Assembly: GCA_050950765.1 (NCBI GenBank)
Contig: JBMNIF010000002.1
Span: 529,454 to 593,453, forward strand
Length of the DNA stretch: 64,000 bases
Source: Bdellovibrionota bacterium
Lineage (GTDB): Bacteria > Bdellovibrionota_C > UBA2361 > JAAYZI01
Direction: 5' to 3'
The translations under genes and the position numbers were made by a program. The notes under the pieces were generated by a model. The model was not told the DNA's origin, did no database searches, and was given only the letters and a program-made list of their open reading frames with translations. This document shows, piece by piece, positions 29,479 through 39,900 of this stretch. How positions within the stretch are numbered: position 1 is the stretch's first letter; every line of letters starts with the position of its first letter.

Positions 29479-30147
29479 CTAGTTTCTAATCAGATATGGA
29501 GTAGTCTCCGTTATAGTAACGTCAGCCTTACCTCCTATAAACACCGCGAAATTAAAGATACTTTTATACGGCACCGAGACCTCTACCTTCACACGAGTGA
29601 CTGAGGAAACTGAATAAACAACATCCTCTGTATTATCATTTTTTTCAGCACACGGTTTGTACTCATCGCCACACAAGGTTTCAACTTTTCTAATAGATCC
29701 CTCTGGCTCAATATAATTCGAATATCCCGCCCATCTAGGCGGTTTTTGTCTTCTTAAAAGTGAATTAACCCTATCTAATACAGCGTACTGCGCAACGTTA
29801 CTGCCATCTATAACAGAAGAACGCTCTCCATTCCCCACCTCCGTAGCATACCCCTTTCCGATACTCGGTCTCGAAGCAGCAAACCTAGCACCTTCATAAG
29901 CGATACTTTTTAATTTGAAGTATTCGTTCAAATAACAGGAGACTTCAAAGATGCCGACCAATATCAGTAGCATCACAGGAGCAACCAGCGCTAACTCTAC
30001 TAAAACCAATCCACGCTCTTTTATATTTTTCCTGCTCGTGCTTTTAGAAGAGGGGAAAAGGTGAGATAACCCTCTGTAAAATTTTGTCCTTTCTGTTTTT
30101 TCTGAAGCACTAAGCATAATTAAACCGAAAAAACTTATAACAACCAC
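29479..30147 (-). CDS. TadE-like pseudopilin
   Basis: ERGLVLVELALVAPVMLLILVGIFEVSCYL matches the TadE N-terminal consensus. First gene of the operon. Has an extra hydrophobic N-terminal extension. Confidence 0.6.
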   Translation of the reverse strand: MVVISFFGLIMLSASEKTERTKFYRGLSHLFPSSKSTSRKNIKERGLVLVELALVAPVMLLILVGIFEVSCYLNEYFKLKSIAYEGARFAASRPSIGKGYATEVGNGERSSVIDGSNVAQYAVLDRVNSLLRRQKPPRWAGYSNYIEPEGSIRKVETLCGDEYKPCAEKNDNTEDVVYSVSSVTRVKVEVSVPYKSIFNFAVFIGGKADVTITETTPYLIRN

Positions 30148-30621
30148 ATAAAAACTGCCGCCTTTCTCTTAAGAAAGGTCACTACCGAACAGACAAGAGA
30201 GAACGTGGTACCTAAAAAACGGTACTCACAACTCACGCAAAAAAACGTACTTAGGGAGTCTGCAAGAAACGATCCTTATTTATATTTAAAAAAACTCCCT
30301 TTGTTACCGTTTATTCAATAACTAGCAATTTCTTGTAGATGCAGATCACTTCAAAAAAGATCTTTTTATTTTATTATGAATAGAGCACCCCTATGCTCCT
30401 CCAACGCTCTATTCTAGGCAAGAGTAAAAGATTACGGGATAAAGCGCTGAATATCATTCATAAAAAGGGGAATTACTCAACACAAAGAACGTTAGGCGCC
30501 CCCTTTCACTTAACCTTAAAGGTAAAAAGAATCACTATTTTCTGAATCCTCACCACCAAACCTCTAATCTATGAAAGGTGCTGTCTTTTCATTTTAATAT
30601 TTTTAAGGATGCTTTTTTAAG

Positions 30622-31203
30622 GTGCTAAGCATGTTTAACATTACTAATCTTTTTCAAGATTTTTCCCTCGAACTCTTCTTCTGGATCTGCGCCATAATAG
30701 GTACATTGATCTTTTCCATCCGCCTTTTTATGACGATTTCAGGGCTCGGTGGTGATGATTTAATCTCAGAAGGTGTAGATGATATCGATGCAGATAGCGG
30801 ATTAAACCTCATCTCTCTTACAACTGTTGTCGCCTTTATAATGATGTTCGGCTGGGTCGGTATCGCCAGTCTAAAAGCAGATAATGTCGGCGCTGGATTT
30901 TCAATATTATTTGCCACCGTCGCCGGTCTCTTGACTATGGTTCTTATCGCTTACCTTTTTAAGTGGATCTTCTCTCTGACAGAGCAAGGTGATGTTTTTC
31001 AACCTTCCGACGCTCTAGGAAAAACTGCTGAAGTTTTTGAAAAGATCTCAGCAGGGGGTAAGGGTATGGTCTTTTTAAATATGCAAGGTCATAGAAGAGA
31101 GTTTACAGCCACTTCCGAAGATGGCGAGGAGATCCCCTCTTTTACTAAAGTAGTTATTCAAAAGATCGTTGATCAATCTTCAGTTGTAGTAAAAAAACTT
31201 TAA
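30622..31203 (+). CDS. NfeD-like membrane protein (flotillin partner)
   Basis: Multiple TM helices plus a C-terminal OB-fold-like soluble domain. Directly upstream of the flotillin gene, the classic nfeD-floT pairing. Confidence 0.6.
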   Translation: MLSMFNITNLFQDFSLELFFWICAIIGTLIFSIRLFMTISGLGGDDLISEGVDDIDADSGLNLISLTTVVAFIMMFGWVGIASLKADNVGAGFSILFATVAGLLTMVLIAYLFKWIFSLTEQGDVFQPSDALGKTAEVFEKISAGGKGMVFLNMQGHRREFTATSEDGEEIPSFTKVVIQKIVDQSSVVVKKL

Positions 31204-31223
31204 CCCTATTTAAGGAGCATACT

Positions 31224-32777
31224 ATGCCAACAGCTTTTGCAATTATCCTAATTATCCTATTTTTAATAGGCTTTTCAGTGATGCTGACGATCCCGCGCAT
31301 CTATGTGCGCTGCCCCTCTAATAAAGTATTGGTAGTTTGGGGTAAAGTGAAGGGAGGAAGCGCAAAGTGTCATTTAGGCGGAGCACATCTTATTATTCCT
31401 ATTTTTCAGGATGCAGCTTTTCTGGACTTAACTCCGATGACGATCAATATTCCACTGCGAGGGGCACTCTCAAAGGAAAATATCCGTGTAAATGTACCCA
31501 GCACATTTACCATTAAGATCGATGCTCGTCCTGATTCTGTAGGTAACGCCGCTACCTCACTACTCGGTTTAGCACGCCATGAAATAGAATCTATGGCGAC
31601 AGAGATCTTAACAGGACAACTTCGTTTGACGGTAGCATCTTTAACTATTGAAGAGATCAATCAGAACAGAGAACGGTTCTTAGAAGTTATCCGTGACAAT
31701 ATCCAGCCGGAGCTGCAAAAGATCGGCTTAAGTCTAATTAACGTTAATATTACAGATATCACCGATGAATCAGGTTACATCGAAAGCATCGGTAAAAAGG
31801 CGGCTTCAACAGCTCTTAACCAAGCTAAAATTGATGTTGCTCAACAAGAAAAACTTGGAGAGGTCGGTAAGGCTCAAGCTGATAGAGACCGTCGTATGCA
31901 AGTTGCACAACTTAACGCAGAAGCGGTTGAAGGTGAAAATGTTGCAGCAGCTAAGATCGCTTCCTTTAATGCAGATTTAGCAGAAAAAAATGCAGAAGCG
32001 CAGCGTCGTTCTGAAATTGCAGCACAGATTGCAGATGCTAAGATCCAAGAAGAGCGCGCTAACGCTGAAAAAGCCAGACTCCTCGCCGACGAAGTTGTTC
32101 CGAGAGAGATCGCAAAACGTAAACTTGAGATCGATTCTGCTGCTCGAGCAGCACAGATGAAGATCGAAGCCGAAGGTCGCTCTTCTCAATTACAGATCGA
32201 CTCCTCAGCACGCGCTGCACAGATGAAGATCGAGGCTGAAGGTAGAGCGGCACAGATGGAGATCGAGGCTGGTGGTAAATCAGCGCAGATGAAGATCGAG
32301 GCTGAAGGTAGAGCGGAGCAACTTCGGGCGGAAGCAGCAGGTCAAGCTGATGCTATCATCTCCGTACAAAGTGCAGAAGCTGAAGGTCAATACAAGGTGC
32401 TTGTTTCAAAAGCACGCGGTTATCAAGACCTCGTAAAGTCCTGCACCACCGCACAAGATGCCACAACTATCTTATTAGTTGAAAAGATGGAAGACCTTGT
32501 AAAACTTCAAACAGAAGCTATCAAAAACATCAAGATTGATAAGATCACAGTTTGGGATAGTGGCAACAACGAAAAAGGTAGCTCAACTGCTAACTTTATG
32601 AGTAGTATGGTTAAAAGCTTACCAACATTGCACGATGTAGCAGGTATGGCGGGAGTTAATTTACCTGCTTACTTAGGTGATATAAAACCTATCGCCAAGC
32701 CTCTGCCAAGCGCTCAAGGTGGTATCCCAACTCAATCAACAGAGAAAAGCACTCCACCAAGTGCACCTGCTAAATAA
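31224..32777 (+). CDS. floT: Flotillin-like SPFH/band-7 protein
   Basis: N-terminal anchor, SPFH domain, long A/E/Q-rich coiled coil with repeated AAQMKIEAEGR units (flotillin EA repeats). Confidence 0.8.
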   Translation: MPTAFAIILIILFLIGFSVMLTIPRIYVRCPSNKVLVVWGKVKGGSAKCHLGGAHLIIPIFQDAAFLDLTPMTINIPLRGALSKENIRVNVPSTFTIKIDARPDSVGNAATSLLGLARHEIESMATEILTGQLRLTVASLTIEEINQNRERFLEVIRDNIQPELQKIGLSLINVNITDITDESGYIESIGKKAASTALNQAKIDVAQQEKLGEVGKAQADRDRRMQVAQLNAEAVEGENVAAAKIASFNADLAEKNAEAQRRSEIAAQIADAKIQEERANAEKARLLADEVVPREIAKRKLEIDSAARAAQMKIEAEGRSSQLQIDSSARAAQMKIEAEGRAAQMEIEAGGKSAQMKIEAEGRAEQLRAEAAGQADAIISVQSAEAEGQYKVLVSKARGYQDLVKSCTTAQDATTILLVEKMEDLVKLQTEAIKNIKIDKITVWDSGNNEKGSSTANFMSSMVKSLPTLHDVAGMAGVNLPAYLGDIKPIAKPLPSAQGGIPTQSTEKSTPPSAPAK

Positions 32778-32813
32778 CCTACTAGGTAATGCTTTAAATA
32801 ACATTACTACCTA

Positions 32814-32851
32814 AGAGCGGGCTGTTTAAAAAACAGAACCCGCTCTTTTTT
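32814..32851 (+). terminator. Rho-independent terminator after the flotillin gene
   Basis: agagcgggctgtt-taaaaa-aacagaacccgctct followed by TTTTTT. Confidence 0.7.
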
Positions 32852-32874
32852 AATCCTTATACACTACAATTTTT

Positions 32875-35800
32875 CTACATCGCTGCTAATTTCTGATAGT
32901 AAGCAAAACGATCCGTTACATTCTTCTGTAACTTCTCCAGTAGAAGTGCAGCACGCTCAGGATTCTTAGTCCTTAAAATATTAAAGCGATTTTCGCCGTA
33001 GATATAATCTGTAAGGGGCAAAGTCGGCTCTTTAGAATCAAAGATAAGTGGATTCTTACCCTCTTTTGCCAAATCAGGATTATACCGATACAACAACCAA
33101 GAACCGCTATTAACTGCTTTCTTCTGCTCTTCCAGCCCCTTCTTAAGATCAATGCCGTGCGCAATACAGTGCGAATAGCAGATAATCAGAGATGGGCCAT
33201 CATAAGCTTCGGCTTCCTTAATCGCCTTCACAGCGTGCTGGTCATTAGCACCAAGCGAGATACTAGCAACATAAACGTGCTTATAACTCATCGCCTGTAA
33301 GCCGATATCTTTCTTGTTCATTGTTTTACCAGCAGCAGCAAAGAGCGCGACAGCTCCTGTCGGTGTAGATTTTGACATCTGTCCACCTGTATTTGAATAC
33401 ACTTCAGTATCCAGCAATAACACATTAATGTTCTCACCTGATGCTAAAGCGTGATCCAATCCGCCGTAACCGATATCATACGCCCAGCCGTCACCACCGA
33501 TAATCCAGACACTCTTCTTAGAGAGGTAATCAGCCAAAGAAAGTAAAGACTGCGCCTCAAAGGATTTGTTATTAGCTATGGCAGCCTTTAGTTGTGCAAT
33601 CCTCTCTCGTTGAGCTTTAATCTCTGACTCATCATGCTCTGTGGCGTTTAAGATATCGTTAGCTAAACTCTCACCGATTTCAGCCTTCAACGCACTTACT
33701 AACTCTCTAGCCTGTTCAGCTTTTTTATTCACTGTTAAACGGAAGCCTAAACCGTATTCGGCATTGTCTTCGAAAAGTGAATTTGACCAAGCAGGACCAC
33801 GCCCCTCTGCATTCTTACAATACGGAGTGGTCGGTAAATTACCGCTATAAATTGAAGAGCACCCCGTTGCATTAGCCACAAGCATTCTGTCGCCAAAAAG
33901 TTGTGTTACGAGTTTAATGTACGGAGTTTCTCCACAACCGGCGCAAGCACCTGAGAACTCAAAAAGAGGTCTAAGCAACTGAGAGCCTTTAACGGTTGCT
34001 TGGTTAACAGCCGAACGGTCAGTATAATCAAGCGTCTCAAAGAACTCCCAATTCTTAACTTCACGCTCTCTAATCGGTACAAACGGTACCATGTTAATAG
34101 CTTTCTGCCCTTCAACCTTTTTGCTCTTAACAGGACAAGCATCGATACAGATTCCGCAACCGGTACAATCTTCCGTAGAGATCTGTAAGATGAATTGTGT
34201 TCCTTCCGGAAAATCTTTGCCCTTTGTTGGAGCTGACTTAAAGCCTTGCGGTGCAGATTTTAACTTTGCACCTTCACAAGTTTTCATCCTGATAACTGCG
34301 TGCGGACAAACAATGGAGCACTTACCACACTGAATACACGCTTCAGGATCCCACTCCGGAACTGTTAATGAGATAGCACGTTTTTCCCACTGCGTGGTGG
34401 CAGTCGGATAAGCACCATCGGCAGGCATCTGACTTACCTTCAAAGCTTCGCCCTCATCAATCATCATCGGAGCTAAAACTTCCTTAACGAACTTAGGCGC
34501 ATGCTCAGGCACAGCACTCTTACGACGGATTGTGCTAGTTGGTGTTGCCGGAACAGGGATCTCATGCAAATTACTCAGAGACTCATCAACAGCCTTGAAG
34601 TTTTTCTGAACGACATCTTCACCCTTACTACTGTAAGATTTTTTAATAGCACCTTTAATCTTCTCAATCGCCTCTTCTCGCGGAAGGATATTAGCGATAG
34701 CAAAGAAACAGGCTTGCAGGATGGTATTTATTCTGCTGCCCATACCGGTCTTCTTAGCTACTTCATAAGCATTGATTGAATAGAACTTGATCTTCTTTTC
34801 GATAATTGTTTGTTGAATCTCATAAGGTAACTTGTCCCAAACTTCATCCTTAGAATACGGTGCATTCAAAAGGAAGGTTGCTCCAGAACACGCTTCTTTT
34901 AAGACATCTAATTTTTCCAATAAGCTGAACTGATGACACGCTACAAAGTTGGCGTGGTCGATCAGATAGATTGAACGGATCGGATCTTTACCAAACCTTA
35001 AGTGCGATTTTGTTAAACCACCCGATTTTTTAGAGTCATAAACAAAGTAGCCTTGTGCATGGTTATCAGTCTCTGTACCGATGATCTTAATGGAGTTTTT
35101 ATTAGCACCAACTGTGCCATCAGAGCCGAGTCCGATAAAAACACCGCGGAAGGAGTTCTCGTTTTCAGTTCTAAAGTCTACATCATAAGTAAGGCTGGTA
35201 TGAGAAACATCATCATTAATACCAACAGTAAAGTGATTCTTCGGATCATCTTTTTTAAGTTCATCAAAAACCGCCTTGATCATAGCCGGTGTAAACTCTT
35301 TGGAAGATAAGCCATAACGTCCGCCGATAATCTTGGCATGTCGTCCTGCTTCTGCAAAGGCAGCAACAACATCAAGATAGAGCGGCTCACCAACACAACC
35401 TGACTCTTTAGTTCTATCCAAAACTGCTACGCTCTTTACAGTAGTTGGGATAGCAGCCATAAGATCTTTTATTGAGAAAGGACGGTATAAACGCACCTTC
35501 AAGACACCGACCTTCTCACCCATCTTCTTAGTCATATAATCTACAACTTCAGAAGAGGTTTCAGCGCCGGAGCCCATCAAGATCAGTAAACGCTCGGCAT
35601 CAGGAGCGCCATAATAATCAAAGAGGTGATACTCACGTCCCGTTACCTTAGCAAACTCTTTCATAGCAGTTTTAACGATCTCAGGAGTAGCTGCATAATA
35701 CGGATTACAAGCTTCTCTAGACTGGAAGAAGGTGTCTGGATTTTGTGCGGTACCTCCGATCCTCGGTTGTTCAGGACGCAAGCCGCGCTCTCTATGAGCG

Positions 35801-36402
35801 ATCACATCTTTAATATCGATCAAACTCTTCATCTGATCTTGCGTTAACTTTTCAATCTTCATCAACTCGTGCGAAGTTCTAAAACCATCAAAGAAGTGAA
35901 GGAATGGAACTCTAGCTTTTAACGTTGACATATAAGCTATCATCGCTAAGTCCATCGCCTCTTGCACTGAATTAGAAGCAAGCATGGCGAACCCTGTCTG
36001 ACGACAAGCATAAACATCGCTATGGTCGCCAAAGATTGAGAGGGCGTGAGTCGCTAAAGTACGCGCTGCTACATGGAAAACAGTTGAGGTCAACTCACCT
36101 GCAATCTTATACATATTAGGGATCATTAAGAGCAGACCTTGAGAGGCAGTAAAAGTCGTACTTAAAGCACCTGCTTGTAAGGCTCCGTGTACAGCACCTG
36201 CAGCACCTGCTTCACTCTGCATCTCATAAACTTTAGGAGTAATGCCAAAGATGTTCTTCATATTTTTGGCACTCCAACTATCTGAGTATTCACCCATCGG
36301 AGAAGAAGGGGTGATCGGGTAAATCGCGATAACCTCACTCAAATTAAAACCAACATGCGCCGCAGCTTCATTGGCATCCATAATAACTTTTTCAGTAGTC
36401 AT
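32875..36402 (-). CDS. nifJ: Pyruvate:ferredoxin (flavodoxin) oxidoreductase, single-chain PFOR
   Basis: 1175 aa with an N-terminal PFOR domain I pattern. Two 4Fe-4S ferredoxin motifs (CIQCGKCSIVCP; CTGCGICIDACP). TPP-binding GGDGWAYDIG block. Confidence 0.9.
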   Translation of the reverse strand: MTTEKVIMDANEAAAHVGFNLSEVIAIYPITPSSPMGEYSDSWSAKNMKNIFGITPKVYEMQSEAGAAGAVHGALQAGALSTTFTASQGLLLMIPNMYKIAGELTSTVFHVAARTLATHALSIFGDHSDVYACRQTGFAMLASNSVQEAMDLAMIAYMSTLKARVPFLHFFDGFRTSHELMKIEKLTQDQMKSLIDIKDVIAHRERGLRPEQPRIGGTAQNPDTFFQSREACNPYYAATPEIVKTAMKEFAKVTGREYHLFDYYGAPDAERLLILMGSGAETSSEVVDYMTKKMGEKVGVLKVRLYRPFSIKDLMAAIPTTVKSVAVLDRTKESGCVGEPLYLDVVAAFAEAGRHAKIIGGRYGLSSKEFTPAMIKAVFDELKKDDPKNHFTVGINDDVSHTSLTYDVDFRTENENSFRGVFIGLGSDGTVGANKNSIKIIGTETDNHAQGYFVYDSKKSGGLTKSHLRFGKDPIRSIYLIDHANFVACHQFSLLEKLDVLKEACSGATFLLNAPYSKDEVWDKLPYEIQQTIIEKKIKFYSINAYEVAKKTGMGSRINTILQACFFAIANILPREEAIEKIKGAIKKSYSSKGEDVVQKNFKAVDESLSNLHEIPVPATPTSTIRRKSAVPEHAPKFVKEVLAPMMIDEGEALKVSQMPADGAYPTATTQWEKRAISLTVPEWDPEACIQCGKCSIVCPHAVIRMKTCEGAKLKSAPQGFKSAPTKGKDFPEGTQFILQISTEDCTGCGICIDACPVKSKKVEGQKAINMVPFVPIREREVKNWEFFETLDYTDRSAVNQATVKGSQLLRPLFEFSGACAGCGETPYIKLVTQLFGDRMLVANATGCSSIYSGNLPTTPYCKNAEGRGPAWSNSLFEDNAEYGLGFRLTVNKKAEQARELVSALKAEIGESLANDILNATEHDESEIKAQRERIAQLKAAIANNKSFEAQSLLSLADYLSKKSVWIIGGDGWAYDIGYGGLDHALASGENINVLLLDTEVYSNTGGQMSKSTPTGAVALFAAAGKTMNKKDIGLQAMSYKHVYVASISLGANDQHAVKAIKEAEAYDGPSLIICYSHCIAHGIDLKKGLEEQKKAVNSGSWLLYRYNPDLAKEGKNPLIFDSKEPTLPLTDYIYGENRFNILRTKNPERAALLLEKLQKNVTDRFAYYQKLAAM

Positions 36403-36956
36403 GACCTTTACTTCCCTTATTTAAATTAAGTAGGGGTGTCTGTTCTTCCCCCATCTCTTGCAATTTACTAAAGATTTTAACGTCGAACAGGATAAACGGA
36501 TAAACTTAAAAAAGTAGCGTGGCGAACAGAATAAGCCCCTTCCTTCTTCTCCCCCCTCTTAAAAGTTATACCTTATTATTACGTGTATTATTTTAAGATA
36601 CTCTCAAAAAAGGAACTCCGCTCTAACCCCTCATTAACAATGAAGAATTTACACCGGTTACGACGCCCGTATACTATTACAGACAGACTAAATCCACAAA
36701 TACAAGAATTGCTTCTTATTTGGTAAAAGCTTCGCATTGATAAAGGAGCAGGTTTTGCTGCAATACTCCAAAAATTAGGGTAAGTATCAATAAAGACTAG
36801 ACGATATCTTTTATTTGATCACTTCATTACCGTTTTTTTTACATTTTTTAGATGAAAAAAAGAAAAAAATTATAAAAAACACCTTTATTTAAAAATTTCA
36901 CTAAAGCTTTTCCTAAAAGATACCGACCCACCTTCTAGGGGAATAAGAGGGGTTGT

Positions 36957-39900
36957 ATGCAGAAGTTTACCTTAAGAACCTTGAAATTAGTTGTGCTGTT
37001 TAGCTTTTTCTGTGGCAGTCTGGCAGGTGCGGAAACTTTTTTGCCAACCACTCAAAATTATAACTATAATTTCAACATCCTAAACAACTTATCAACACCG
37101 CCTACTGCACAAAACTTTAATATTAAAAACTTCTCTCTCTTCTCTACCTTAAAAAAATCACTCCCCTTTAGAAGAGAGTTCTTTGGAAATCCTCCCCCTT
37201 ATCTAGCAGCGCAAGTAACCTCCATCTCTATGGGCTACTTTCACGCCTGTGCTATTGTAGGAGGGCGTCTCTATTGTTGGGGGCTTAACTCCTCCGGTCA
37301 ACTCGGGATTAACAGCACTGACACCACAACAACTCCAACTTTAACTTACGACCCTAGCACAACCTCTTTTACAGGTTTATTAGGTGGTCAAGGTGTCTCT
37401 TCTGTTTCTGCTAATGGTTATAACACCTGCGCTATCAACGCAGACGGTAAACTTTACTGTTGGGGAGAAAATGACTCTGGTCAAGTCGGGAATGGAACTC
37501 TAGGATTTGATTGTAAGTATCCAGTATTAATTGAAGATCCAAGTACACTTTCTTGTAGTGGTCTTCTAGGTTCAGAAACAGTTATCGCCGTTTCAGTAGG
37601 TGCTTCGCCCAACGACACTCCTGAAGGAGAGAGCTCCGGTAGAACTCACGTTTGCGCTATAAATGCAGATGATAAACTTTACTGTTGGGGAGATAACACC
37701 TTCGGACAATTAGGCGACGGACAAAGCGGAGGGTCTTTACCGCGTCTTGTAGGGGATAGCGGAACTTTAAATGGAAGAGGTGTTGTTCAAGTTTCAGCAG
37801 GATACAGTTTTACCTGTGCTATCAATACAGAGAGTCTCCTTTTTTGTTGGGGCAAAAACGATTACGGACAGTTGGGGATTTATTCAACAGAAAATACCAC
37901 CTCCCCCACACCTATATATAATGCAGATCCAGAAAAAGTTGGTGGACTTGGAACTGGAAACGATCCAGCGGTTATGTCAGTTTCAGCAGGTACAACTCAC
38001 ACCTGTGCCATAGAGAGCGGATATCTTTTCTGTTGGGGAGATGGTAGTTATGGAGCGCTTGGAAATGGTGATGGAACAGATAGAAGTTTTCCAGTCGCTA
38101 TCAATAAAGGATCTCCACCAGGTCAATTAGACGGAAGTATTGTTCTATCTACCTCTTCAGGATCTGGTTTTACCTGCGCTATCAACGAGATCGGTGAAAT
38201 TTATTGCTGGGGGAAAAATACTGATAAAAAACTACTCGGGATTAGTGGAGTAGATACTAGATTTCCCCAGCTTGTGGCAGGTTCAGATAGTAATCCCAAT
38301 CCTGGCTTACTAGGCACATATACTGTAAATGCCGTTTCTTGTTCAAACTCCGGTCCCTCCTATCAATCGATCTGCGGCATAAACTCACAACATAATCTTT
38401 ATTGCTGGGGAGATAGTAACTTTGGTCAATTAGGACAAAACTCTACCACTACCAATACAACACCGACACAAACACTCTTTAATGAAGACTCCACTTGTAA
38501 CGGTATCGATGATGATGGTGATGGATTAACTGATGAAGATTACGTTTCTGTATCTTGTAACACAGGGCTACACGGTTTATGCGCAGCAGGAACAACATCT
38601 TGTAACGCCGGAAGTGTAGTTTGTAATCAGACAAATTCTCCTACAACTGAGATCGCTTGTAATAATATCGATGATGACTGTGACGGTATAACTGATACTG
38701 ATGCTGCAGGTTACGGAGCTGCTTGTAATAACGGGCTACTCGGTGCGTGTTACAAAACAGGCACGATGTCAGTTTGTGATGGAGGAGTTTTAACGTGCTC
38801 TGCTCCAAACGTTGAACCTACAACTGAAGTCGCTTGTAATAATATCGATGATGACTGTGATGGAGTAACTGATACTGATGCTGCAGGTTACGGAGCTGCT
38901 TGCAATAACGGGTTACTCGGTGCGTGTTATAAAACAGGCACGATGTCAGTTTGTGATGGAGGAGTTTTAACGTGCTCTGCTCCAAACGTTGAACCTACAA
39001 CTGAAGTCGCTTGTAATAATATCGATGATGACTGTGATGGAGTAACTGATACTGATGCTGCAGGTTACGGAGATGCTTGTAATAACGGACTACTCGGTGC
39101 GTGTTATAAAACAGGCACGATGTCAGTTTGTGATGGAGGAGTTTTAACGTGCTCTGCTCCAAACGTTGAACCTACAACTGAAGTCGCTTGTAATAATATC
39201 GATGATGACTGTGATGGAGTAACTGATACTGATGCTGCAGGTTACGGAGCTGCTTGTAACAACGGACTACTCGGTGCGTGTTATAAAACAGGCACGATGA
39301 CTCTTTGTGAAGGAGGGGTTTTAACGTGTTCTGCTCCAGATGCAGATCCAGTAAGTGAAATTTGCGGTAACGGCATTGATGATGATTGTGATGGTGAAAC
39401 TGATGAAGATTGCAATGCAGAAACTCCTACCCCTACCCCTCCAGCGCCTTTTGTAGATGCTTGTCCTACCGACCCGAATAAAACTGAAGCAGGAGTTTGC
39501 GGCTGCGGTATAGCCGATAGCGATCATAACAATAACGGCATAATTGATTGCCTTGACCCGAAGTGGCCGACAACAAAAATAGATAGTATCGTTACACCAA
39601 ACACCAAACCTGTCACTCCACGGGTAGATGTAGTAAAGAAAAAGGTCGTCGTTTATATGCAACGTTTTAAACGTGCCGAGCTACTGAAAAAATTACGTAA
39701 CGTAGTTAACTATGCCAAAAAAAATAAAAGGAAAAAAATTACCTTTAGGTATGAAGTTGTTCTAAGACAGGTCTCTACTAAAACAACGTATAAAAGTATC
39801 ACGAAGAAAAAGATTCAATCTCGGATCTCAAAACGTAATAAAGTAATCTTTAAGAAACAGCGGCAAGGAACTTACAAAATTAAGTACAGAGTTAAGATCT

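Noticed and set aside
31224-32777. AAQMKIEAEGR repeats in flotillin as a novel repeat
   Set aside because: EA-rich repeats are a standard feature of flotillin/SPFH coiled-coil regions.
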